DNA from: an uncultured virus (IMG/VR IMGVR_UViG_3300029989_000017)
Taxonomy: Duplodnaviria > Heunggongvirae > Uroviricota > Caudoviricetes
DNA length: 64,000 nt
Reading direction: 5' to 3' (one strand)
IMG/VR virus record: IMGVR_UViG_3300029989_000017
Shown: piece after piece, positions 9,932 to 17,795 of the stretch
Numbering within the stretch: the first letter of the stretch is position 1
Layout: every line of letters starts with the position of its first letter
Notes under the pieces: model-generated
Seen by the model: the letters and a program-made list of their open reading frames with translations, nothing else
What the model was told of the DNA's origin: nothing
The model's database searches: none
Made by a program: the position numbers and the translations under genes

Positions 9932-10521
9932 ATCGCTTCAACTCCTTCACTTGTTTCTATGATGACTCTTGCCGCGTACACCGCGGGCTGTGTTTTTACG
10001 AGGCTTGCTGATTGGTAAAAATTGGCAAATAGGTCGTACCGATGGAGCCATTCTTGCCCCAGTATCTCGGGGGCAAATTCGGGCTCGTTGACGGTGGGTA
10101 TGAGCGATATGTTTTGCGCGGCGAAGTCCGTTCGGACGTCGGCGTCAAACAACATGATGCGGAGCCGTTCGGCCCACTCGTAGCAGTTGTCACCGCAACA
10201 GGTCCACGAGACGCGAAGAGCGCGCGTGAACTGCATAGACACGGTCGTCAGGGCGTTGTCCACGTTCCCATCGTACACCGACTCGACCTGCTTGTTGTAG
10301 GGGTCATCCGTGTACGTGACATTGAAGAACACGACGTCGTCGTGTACGTTCTTGAGCCCGCCTGCGCCCGCAGGCTGATAGAAGGGCAGGACATTTTCAC
10401 ACACCTGCCTTGCGATGCCACCGAAAGTCTTCGTGACGAGCACAGGCGCGTTTGTTGCTCCTGCGAGCATCTTGATCGTCTCTGTGAAGAGGAAGTCCAT
10501 GAGGGTCGAGTATGTACTCAT
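9925..10521 (-). CDS. Tail terminator / neck protein
   Basis: Start moved to ATG 10521 (ATGA overlap); QEWLHRYDL motif; directly before the sheath. Confidence 0.65.
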   Translation of the reverse strand: MSTYSTLMDFLFTETIKMLAGATNAPVLVTKTFGGIARQVCENVLPFYQPAGAGGLKNVHDDVVFFNVTYTDDPYNKQVESVYDGNVDNALTTVSMQFTRALRVSWTCCGDNCYEWAERLRIMLFDADVRTDFAAQNISLIPTVNEPEFAPEILGQEWLHRYDLFANFYQSASLVKTQPAVYAARVIIETSEGVEAIC

Positions 10522-10901
10522 ACAGCACCGACTCTCTGCGCCTGCACGACACGTATGCCATAGGCGGCGTTGACCGATACGATGCGGTAGGCGGCCTCGT
10601 AGGACGCGCCCGGGTTGAGTATGATCTGGTCGGATATGTCGTTGCCGTCCGCAAGGTTGTGCGTGGTGTAGAGCTCGACGGACTCGTTGCACATAAAGCT
10701 GATGCTACCCGTCCCGCGGCTACCCTCGGGCGTCGGCGTGATCTCTTTCAGGGAGTCGGGGTCAAATACGCCCGTGACGATGAAGCGCGTCGGCGGGTCG
10801 GTCTTGTAAACTGACTTGTCGAGGTAGCCGCCTGTCGCGCGCTGTATCGTGATGTCGTAGGTGAGATCGGGGTTGTTCACCACAGCGGATAAATTGATCA
10901 T
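10518..10901 (-). CDS. Head closure / head-tail joining protein
   Basis: 127 aa with PEGSR and SDQI motifs; neck module position. Confidence 0.65.
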   Translation of the reverse strand: MINLSAVVNNPDLTYDITIQRATGGYLDKSVYKTDPPTRFIVTGVFDPDSLKEITPTPEGSRGTGSISFMCNESVELYTTHNLADGNDISDQIILNPGASYEAAYRIVSVNAAYGIRVVQAQRVGAV

Positions 10902-11515
10902 GCTTGCATCACCCCGTCAATCGTAAAATGTATGCTCTGTCTAAGAGCGCCTGTGTCGATCAGGGGCTTGTCTGAGCCCTTGCCCTTGTAGAAGACACCC
11001 CACGGAGACATCCACCCCTCGATCGTACTCCGCGCGTTAGGGGCCCATCCGTTGCTCGGGTCCTCGAAGTATTCCTTGACGATGTTCTGCGCCTGTAGGC
11101 CGACGGCCTTGAGCCGCGCCATGTAGTCCTCGCCCTTGACCGCCGCCTTGCTCGCTCTCACGAGAAGCTCCGCGATCTCATCCTCGCGCTTTTGAAGTGC
11201 GGGCTCGATGAGCGGCCTAGGCGGGACGCGGAAGGCGACGCTCCCGTGAGACTGTATGTACATCTGTAGGGCCGCCGAGTAGGACTTGCCCTTCTTCATG
11301 TCGGCGTCCATGGCGTGTCGTACGATCGCCTGCCTGACGCCATGCGTGTGGATGTAGACAAGGTCCGCATTACCAATCGTCGTATCACGGCCGTCTCTGT
11401 TTGAGGCCCGTGGCACGCCCACGCCAATCTGATGCGAGGCGAGGTCCTTCAGGCGAGAGAGGACCTGCTTTGCGGCCCCCGCGTTGGTGTGCTCAAAGGA
11501 GACGTCCATGCTCAT
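10898..11515 (-). CDS. Neck / tail completion protein
   Basis: Start MSMDVSF at 11515; VPPRPLIEP, WAPNARST, KGSDKPLIDTGALRQSI. Confidence 0.75.
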   Translation of the reverse strand: MSMDVSFEHTNAGAAKQVLSRLKDLASHQIGVGVPRASNRDGRDTTIGNADLVYIHTHGVRQAIVRHAMDADMKKGKSYSAALQMYIQSHGSVAFRVPPRPLIEPALQKREDEIAELLVRASKAAVKGEDYMARLKAVGLQAQNIVKEYFEDPSNGWAPNARSTIEGWMSPWGVFYKGKGSDKPLIDTGALRQSIHFTIDGVMQA

Positions 11516-12021
11516 GTGACTAACATCCCGCCAAGCCCCGCGATTTTCGCGAAGGTGGCAAACTGCGCGCCGTAGGTTGTGGTCTTCCACACCGCCCACC
11601 CTTTGAGGTCGTTTGAGAGCGGCGCGCTGTCGTAGCTGACCGACGCACCGAGGGCCGACATACTCGTCGCCACTAGCTTGGGCACAGAGGCCCCTAGGAA
11701 CCCCGCCACGTTCGCCGCGCCCTGTGTGGCGGCCAAGTGTAGGGTAGCGAAGTGCGCCGCGTACAGGCCCACGCAGTAGCTCCACTGCGGACCGTAGCGG
11801 TCATATGATAAACTGGCCGTAGCCATCGTTATAAACTTAGTTAGGAGACCCTCGGAGAGCGCAGGGCCCACGATCGCGGCGAACTGCGGAAAGTCCGCAT
11901 AGAAGTCGTCGAGAGAATAAGCAGGCCCCGCCCCATAGGAGAGATTAGCGGCAATTGGCTTCAGAGCTCGAAGGCTCTCAGTCGCGGACAAATCCGTGCC
12001 GTAATTAAAAACACTGTCCAT
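11512..12021 (-). CDS. Head-tail adaptor (DUF4054-like)
   Basis: FYADFPQF, GLYAAHFATL, SVSYD, WKTTTYG. Confidence 0.85.
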   Translation of the reverse strand: MDSVFNYGTDLSATESLRALKPIAANLSYGAGPAYSLDDFYADFPQFAAIVGPALSEGLLTKFITMATASLSYDRYGPQWSYCVGLYAAHFATLHLAATQGAANVAGFLGASVPKLVATSMSALGASVSYDSAPLSNDLKGWAVWKTTTYGAQFATFAKIAGLGGMLVT

Positions 12022-12049
12022 AGGGCGGGTCCTCCTTCATTTTGGTGTA

Positions 12050-12520
12050 TTATTCGCCGAGTAGGTCGGCGGACTTTTGTGCTTCTGCGGCGTCGTCGAT
12101 GACTTTTTGGTCGTCGATGGCCTTTTGTTCTGCGGCGGCAATATCCTCCGCGATTTTCTGTGCTTCTGCGGCCTCTTTGGCGGCCTTTTTCTCGGCGTTG
12201 ACTAAGGCTAAGCCCTTGAGCGGCTGACCCTTAGCGTCGACAAGACCTGTGAGCGTTGTGCCTGCTTTCGCGGCGGCCATTCTTTCGTCGACGGCTTTTT
12301 GTACCGCGGCTTCGAAGGCCTCTTTGTCGACTGCCGTGACAGGCGGTTCTCCGACCATGGAGATGTCGCCTGTCCTCAGGCCGAGCATGAAATTGTCGTC
12401 CTTGAGGACCCATGCGGGCACGGGTCCAATGAACTCATGAGGGACGACTATGGAGTCCGCGCCCACGCCGAAGCGGAACGCGGTTTTGGTACGTATAAAC
12501 GTCTTTGTGCTGTCTGCCAT
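12050..12520 (-). CDS. Hypothetical head-associated protein
   Basis: 156-aa ORF with RBS right after the capsid gene; Ala/Lys/Glu-rich C-terminus. Confidence 0.65.
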   Translation of the reverse strand: MADSTKTFIRTKTAFRFGVGADSIVVPHEFIGPVPAWVLKDDNFMLGLRTGDISMVGEPPVTAVDKEAFEAAVQKAVDERMAAAKAGTTLTGLVDAKGQPLKGLALVNAEKKAAKEAAEAQKIAEDIAAAEQKAIDDQKVIDDAAEAQKSADLLGE

Positions 12521-12538
12521 CTTTTGTCTCTCCTTCTC

Positions 12539-13648
12539 TTAGATGCCGTCGAAGTATTGAATCGTCTGCGTGTAGAACAATTCAACTTCGGAGATGTTTG
12601 CCGCGTAGTTGGTGTCGTAAGACTGATTACGCGGTGTGTACATGGTGCGCATACGGGTGAGCGGCTGAAGCTCTTCAACAGCCATGAAGCGCTCGTCGTG
12701 ACGATACACGGCCATACGGTCGGTAACGCCTGCGCCTGCGCCCTTGCCGTAGAGGGACACGCCAAACTTGAGCTCGGTGCCGAAGTGTTTGGCGATGTTG
12801 TTCTCTTCGAGGAAGGTCATGACGCTGATCGAGCCGAGTGCGGAGATTTTCGTGCTGATCAGGAGGTTGAACTGAGCGAACGGCAGGAGGATGTGATTCG
12901 GGATAGCGCTCATGTCATTTCCGCCTGCGTCCCACACGGTTTGAATGGCGGTGTTGACGTCGTACAGAATTTCGTCGGCGGTCTTGTGAGCCCAGTCACG
13001 AGGTGTGCCTGAAGCCGCGCCCTGTGCGACGAGACCATGGATGACAGCCGGGTTGTTCAGGAGGCCGTATGTGCCGTACTTTGCGAGGCCGAGGAACACG
13101 TTTTTGTCCATGTGCTTCTCGTAATTGAGACGGACGCCGTCACTCAGGAGCTTGTCAAGGCTACGGCCAGTGATGTTCTGACGGAGCATATCGAACTCGT
13201 TGATGCTGATGGGCTGAATGAAAATGTGGGTCTTATAGATGTCTTTGCCGAAGTTGGCCTGAATAACGGGCATGACATCCGCGCCATTGGCGGCGACGTT
13301 GGCGTCGTCATCGGAGCCTGCGGAGCCGTAATTGATGTTCAGGTTGGACAGGAACTCAACCCATCCGCCGCCAGTTCTCACCGGGATGTTGTCTTCCCAA
13401 GTGAACGTGGTGAGGGGCTCGCGGACGAGCGGGTCGCGCTTCTCAAGCTCGGAGGTCAAGAATGCGCCAGTGGAGGAAGGAGCGGAGGCGTCTGAGGCTC
13501 TCATTGTTGAGCCTGTAGCGCCGCCGTCACGGGCGACCATGTTGGCCAAGCCCTGAGAGACGGCATCCTGTCTGCCGCCAATGCTGAAGTTGCCGCCCTT
13601 TGTATCAAGGGCATTGAGAACGGTAGTGCCTACGTCTTTATGTGACAT
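12539..13648 (-). CDS. Major capsid protein (DUF2184-like)
   Basis: AFLTSELEKRDP, YGLLNNP, WAHKTADEILYDVN, PNHILLP, YFDGI C-terminus. Confidence 0.9.
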   Translation of the reverse strand: MSHKDVGTTVLNALDTKGGNFSIGGRQDAVSQGLANMVARDGGATGSTMRASDASAPSSTGAFLTSELEKRDPLVREPLTTFTWEDNIPVRTGGGWVEFLSNLNINYGSAGSDDDANVAANGADVMPVIQANFGKDIYKTHIFIQPISINEFDMLRQNITGRSLDKLLSDGVRLNYEKHMDKNVFLGLAKYGTYGLLNNPAVIHGLVAQGAASGTPRDWAHKTADEILYDVNTAIQTVWDAGGNDMSAIPNHILLPFAQFNLLISTKISALGSISVMTFLEENNIAKHFGTELKFGVSLYGKGAGAGVTDRMAVYRHDERFMAVEELQPLTRMRTMYTPRNQSYDTNYAANISEVELFYTQTIQYFDGI

Positions 13649-13659
13649 TCTGATACCTC

Positions 13660-14193
13660 CTACGAGTTGTTACGGCTCTTGATGACGAGCATCGCGACAC
13701 CGTTTGAGTCAACTGTTGTGCCCCACGTACAGTTGGTTAGAGCTACTGTGTTTGTGCTGTCCGCGGCGGCCTCAAAGCCACCGATAGGCTTGCCTGTGGC
13801 GGCGGCGGCAATACGGACGAACACTGCGCCGTCCTTGGCCGGGGCGTTGACTGCGGCGTTGTTGCACTGGACCATGACAGCACCGCGCTCCATGACAGGG
13901 ACAGCGGCGGCCAACGGGTAAGAACCGAGGGTCGGCGCGAGGTATGTGTTGGCTGACTGGACGTGAGCCATGGCGACACCCTTGAAGTTGGCCAGTGTTG
14001 GGGTCAGGCCTGTTGCGCCTGCGACTGCGACGCCCTGTGCGCCGTTTGCATCGTTAAGTGCGAAGACGGGCAGACCGAAGTCGAGCTGAGCGTCGCCTGT
14101 TTTCGGGAATGTCTTAACGAGATGATCACCCTGCTCGGCGTACGAGCCGACGAAGCCGTTGAGCAGGTTTTTGCCGATTACGATACCTGACAT
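13660..14193 (-). CDS. Capsid decoration / cement protein
   Basis: 177 aa, VMERGAVMV and GGFEAAAD; between protease and capsid. Confidence 0.75.
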   Translation of the reverse strand: MSGIVIGKNLLNGFVGSYAEQGDHLVKTFPKTGDAQLDFGLPVFALNDANGAQGVAVAGATGLTPTLANFKGVAMAHVQSANTYLAPTLGSYPLAAAVPVMERGAVMVQCNNAAVNAPAKDGAVFVRIAAAATGKPIGGFEAAADSTNTVALTNCTWGTTVDSNGVAMLVIKSRNNS

Positions 14194-14194
14194 A

Positions 14195-15556
14195 TTATTT
14201 TACCTCCGCTTTCTTATTGTGAGGGTTGCGAGCGTCGTAGGCCTTTTGAGCCGCGATGGACGCGTCCTCGTGCTTCTTTGCGGCGTCTGCGGCTGTCGCC
14301 TTTGCGGCGTTGCGCGTAGTGCCGACGATCTTGCCGTAGGTGCTGTTGTCGGTCGAGATGCCGTACGCTTTGCGAATGTCCGCGGCGGCGTCTTTGGCGC
14401 GCGCTTTAAACTCAGCGTTGTCGGGGAAGGCTTTGCGGAGCGTATCGCGAACGATGCGCGCGGCAGTGGCGGCGTCGGAGCCCATCAGCTTGATGTCCTC
14501 GGGAGGAACGCTGACGTCATCGTCATTCTCGACGGGGTCATAGGTTTCCTTACCGTCGCCGTCGATGCCTGTGTCATTGTCTTCGGCGACAACGGGAACG
14601 GCAGGAGCTTCACCCTCTGCTTTTTCCTCTGCCTCCTCGTCATCGGGGATGAGCTGACTGAGGTCGTCTTCGTCCTCGGCGGGAACTTCTGCGGGTGCCT
14701 CTGCGGCGGGCTGTGCCAATTCTGCACAGATGGGCTTGAGCATCGTCACTAACTGGGCGAGAAGCTCTTCAACGGAAGGGGCTTCATCCTGCGCGGGCTC
14801 GGTCAGTTCTGCGGTCGGGGCGGGAGCCTGAGCCTTTGCGGGAGCCTCCACAGTCGGTGCGACAGGGGCTTCGTCTTCGACGTCTTCTTTAGGTGCATAA
14901 ATGCCCTCGATCGCCGTTACGAGCTCCTCGGGCGTTGCGTCTTTGGCGAAAGACTTAATCATCCTACCAAAGATTGTGTTTTTGCCCATAGGTTGTGGTC
15001 TCCTTTCGATATTGGGTCTTGCGTCTTTTATTGCAACACGGCTCCCTGCGCGCCCGTCCTTGACGATCGCGATGTGGTTCCCGCGGATTGCACGTTGTTC
15101 TAGGGTCTTGTTGGGATTCTGGAAAATCGTATAGTTATAGCCACAGCTTACTTCGCGTTTGCCCTTCTCGACATCCTCGATGAGCTGTGGGTCCGTGATC
15201 ATAATGTCGGCGAGCGTGTACCCTTCGTCCTTGCCTGTGCCTTTGCGGACGTTGTGTACGTGCCCTCGGCCATAGACGTGGATGTTCTCAGCGGTGACGT
15301 CCTCAGGCGGGTGCCCATCGCAGACAGGCTTCATCTCGAAGGAGGCCATCGCGTCGGCCGCGAATACTTCGTCGGGCCGTCGCAGTACGCTAAACTCTTT
15401 GTCGGACTCGTTCGGACCTGCAAAGGGCCCGATCTCGCACCCGAGATACTTGTACACCCCGATGCGATTGATTGGGACATCATGACAAATTAAAAACCCC
15501 TCAGGGGTCTTAGTCATGTGCGGCGATATTTTAGAGCCGTAATATGCGGTTGCCAT
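14195..15556 (-). CDS. Prohead protease-scaffold (DUF2213-like)
   Basis: TPEGFLIC.DVPI.R.G, GKREVSCGY, NHIAIVKDGRAG, followed by an acidic scaffold-like tail. Confidence 0.9.
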   Translation of the reverse strand: MATAYYGSKISPHMTKTPEGFLICHDVPINRIGVYKYLGCEIGPFAGPNESDKEFSVLRRPDEVFAADAMASFEMKPVCDGHPPEDVTAENIHVYGRGHVHNVRKGTGKDEGYTLADIMITDPQLIEDVEKGKREVSCGYNYTIFQNPNKTLEQRAIRGNHIAIVKDGRAGSRVAIKDARPNIERRPQPMGKNTIFGRMIKSFAKDATPEELVTAIEGIYAPKEDVEDEAPVAPTVEAPAKAQAPAPTAELTEPAQDEAPSVEELLAQLVTMLKPICAELAQPAAEAPAEVPAEDEDDLSQLIPDDEEAEEKAEGEAPAVPVVAEDNDTGIDGDGKETYDPVENDDDVSVPPEDIKLMGSDAATAARIVRDTLRKAFPDNAEFKARAKDAAADIRKAYGISTDNSTYGKIVGTTRNAAKATAADAAKKHEDASIAAQKAYDARNPHNKKAEVK

Positions 15557-15559
15557 TCG

Positions 15560-15775
15560 TCATCGCCCCTCTGCCTTTTCGTACCGTTCTAAAATCTCAG
15601 TGTAGATTTTATCGTGGTCGTTCTCATCGTTCGTGATCTCGATGAGCTTGTCGCGGTCCCTGATCGGAGCGAGCGCGATAAGTTGTAAGCCTATCGCGAT
15701 CGCGTCGTTCTCCATTCGTTTTGCCCGCCGTAGGACTTCGAGATAACTACTCATCGTCATCGGGCTCCTCTTCAA
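15560..15775 (-). CDS. Small ferritin-like helical protein
   Basis: ENDAI and DENDH (ExxH) motifs in ~70 aa. Confidence 0.5.
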   Translation of the reverse strand: MKRSPMTMSSYLEVLRRAKRMENDAIAIGLQLIALAPIRDRDKLIEITNDENDHDKIYTEILERYEKAEGR

Positions 15776-15956
15776 AGAGGATACCGTGATCGCCCTCGTA
15801 GGGCTCGCGGTGATTGTGCCGACGGGAGAGTATGTCCTCGGGAATGCCCTTCGGGAAGGCCTTGCAGGTCATCTTGTTGTAGTCCTGCAAGTGCACACAG
15901 TTGAAGCACTGCTGACAGGTCAGCGGCGGGTCGATAAATTTAACGTCTTCGTCCAT
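15747..15956 (-). CDS. Small Cys-rich protein, candidate immunity/partner of the upstream peptidase
   Basis: CQQCFNCVH..CKAFPKGIP..H..YEGDHGI.FE; start abuts the stop of 15957..17588. Confidence 0.6.
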   Translation of the reverse strand: MDEDVKFIDPPLTCQQCFNCVHLQDYNKMTCKAFPKGIPEDILSRRHNHREPYEGDHGILFEEEPDDDE

Positions 15957-17588
15957 TTAAGCCCCTCCATGCTGTTTTTTGTACTGCGCCTCGATGAGCT
16001 CACCGATGAGCTTCGCGGCGGGCCGGGGATTGGGGTTGTTTGTATACTCTGACCACGCTTCAGCCGTCATCTCGCGGATGTTCGAGGCGGCGTATGTGCT
16101 GATCGTGTCCGTCATCTTGGCGTTGAAGTTCTTTTTACTGTCGTAGCCTGAGCTCAAACAGCTATTCCATATTGCTTGCACCTCAGGGAGCTTCGAGATA
16201 CCGAGTAGTGTGTCAAGCGAATGCCCGACCTCGTGGTCCACGATGCTCTTGATTGTTGCACAGCCCTCGGGGTGAAACTTTGAGGCCACGCCCTGTGCGA
16301 CTGAGGCTTTGAATAGCTCGGCGTTCTTGCCCCACTTGGAATTTACACAGACCCCCGCGAGATGCGGCGGATGCCCGCAAGCCTGCGCGTAGTTGTTGCC
16401 CGCGATCTTCTTCGGGTTTTTCGTGTAGGTCTTGGCCATAGCCTCGAGCTCGGTCTGTGTCTTGTTCGGGTAGGTGTTTTTGAAAGAAGCGAGCTGATCT
16501 TTATATCTTTGTTCATACTGTACCTTGTTGCGATACTGCGCGGTGCCGACGACAACGAACTGGTCACGAAGCATCGGGAACTTTGAGACACTCTCGTGTA
16601 TTGATTGATTCCATTGGTTTGCCACCTCGATGTGACAGCCTGTGTAATCCACCTTGGTGGCGATGTTGTTGTCCATGGCCCACTTCGCGGCGCTCTTGAC
16701 GTCCTTAGCGGGTGTGAATGGCACTGACGGCGCTTTAGGCTTCGGAGGCGCGACAGGCTTCGGCGGCTCTGCGGGCTTAGCCTTGGGCTTTGGTCCGCCA
16801 TTCTTTGCTACGAAGTCGTTGATCAAGCTGTTCATGTCGGTGTTCACGTCGACCTTGGCCTCGCTCTCAATCCAGTCGCCTAGGTTGTCGCGCCACGTAT
16901 CGAAGTCGTAGCCGTTGACATCAGGCAGGCCGAGTTTTGAGTTGACCTGTTGGTCGGACATTTGTAGCGCCTGCTTTAGAAGTCCGCGCCGTTTTGTCTT
17001 GAGCTCCTCTTCGGAGGGTCCTGCGGGCTTCGGAGGCGCGGCAGGCGGCGTCGGCGCTTGTGGTGGCGCAACAGGAGGCGTCGGCGCTTGCGGCTTCTCT
17101 GCGGGCTTCTGAGAGCCCTTCTGGAAGAGCGCGATCGCGTCCTTGAGATCACCCGTGCTACCGTCGAAGTCGGTCTTGGCCCAGTGGTTGAACTTTTCCC
17201 ACTGCTCGACGGCCTTGGCATACTGTAGGCCCATACCGAAGTGTGGTCTCAGCTCCTTGGCCTTCAGTGCGAGCGCGGCCATGTAGACATTCGCCTTGTT
17301 ATGCTCCTGCGCGTTCTTTGGCCCTGCGCTTTGCTTGGGCGGGTCATTCTTCCACCACCCGCCGACGGGCTTGCCCTGCGCGCTCTTAGGCACGTTGCCG
17401 CCGATGATGTTGCCGTTGTCGTCGAGCTTGACGCGGCGGCCCTTGTGCGCCGTGTCGCCCTCTTTTTTCTTACCGCCAAGCGTTACCCATCGGTCGTCGT
17501 TTGCCCTCAGCACGGGGCGTTCTTGCAGTGCAACGGCGGCCGTTAAGACCGCCGAGCACATTAATAGCTTTAGTTTGTCACGCTCCAT
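15957..17588 (-). CDS. Head-associated effector with C-terminal zincin (HExxH) metallopeptidase
   Basis: HEVGHSLD and STYAASNIREMTAEAW; Pro-rich linkers; leader shared with 17782..20769. Confidence 0.75.
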   Translation of the reverse strand: MERDKLKLLMCSAVLTAAVALQERPVLRANDDRWVTLGGKKKEGDTAHKGRRVKLDDNGNIIGGNVPKSAQGKPVGGWWKNDPPKQSAGPKNAQEHNKANVYMAALALKAKELRPHFGMGLQYAKAVEQWEKFNHWAKTDFDGSTGDLKDAIALFQKGSQKPAEKPQAPTPPVAPPQAPTPPAAPPKPAGPSEEELKTKRRGLLKQALQMSDQQVNSKLGLPDVNGYDFDTWRDNLGDWIESEAKVDVNTDMNSLINDFVAKNGGPKPKAKPAEPPKPVAPPKPKAPSVPFTPAKDVKSAAKWAMDNNIATKVDYTGCHIEVANQWNQSIHESVSKFPMLRDQFVVVGTAQYRNKVQYEQRYKDQLASFKNTYPNKTQTELEAMAKTYTKNPKKIAGNNYAQACGHPPHLAGVCVNSKWGKNAELFKASVAQGVASKFHPEGCATIKSIVDHEVGHSLDTLLGISKLPEVQAIWNSCLSSGYDSKKNFNAKMTDTISTYAASNIREMTAEAWSEYTNNPNPRPAAKLIGELIEAQYKKQHGGA

Positions 17589-17597
17589 ACAGGCACC

Positions 17598-17795
17598 TCA
17601 TTCGTGCTCATACTCCTCGCAGTCGGCACCCTCGAAGAGTACCTCGGAGGGCTTACTCTCGGGATATGGGAACTTTTCGCAGACGCCTTTTGTGTACTGC
17701 GGGCCGCCGAGGCCCCCGCCCTTTTTGAACTTGCAGTCTCGGCATACGATTGTGTCAGCTACTTGTCGGGCCGACAGTTGTTCATTTTTTTCCAC
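17598..17795 (-). CDS. Small Cys-rich protein, candidate immunity/partner of the upstream ART
   Basis: CRDCKF..CEKFP..KPSEVLF..ADCEEY; overlaps the ART gene end. Confidence 0.6.
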   Translation of the reverse strand: MEKNEQLSARQVADTIVCRDCKFKKGGGLGGPQYTKGVCEKFPYPESKPSEVLFEGADCEEYEHE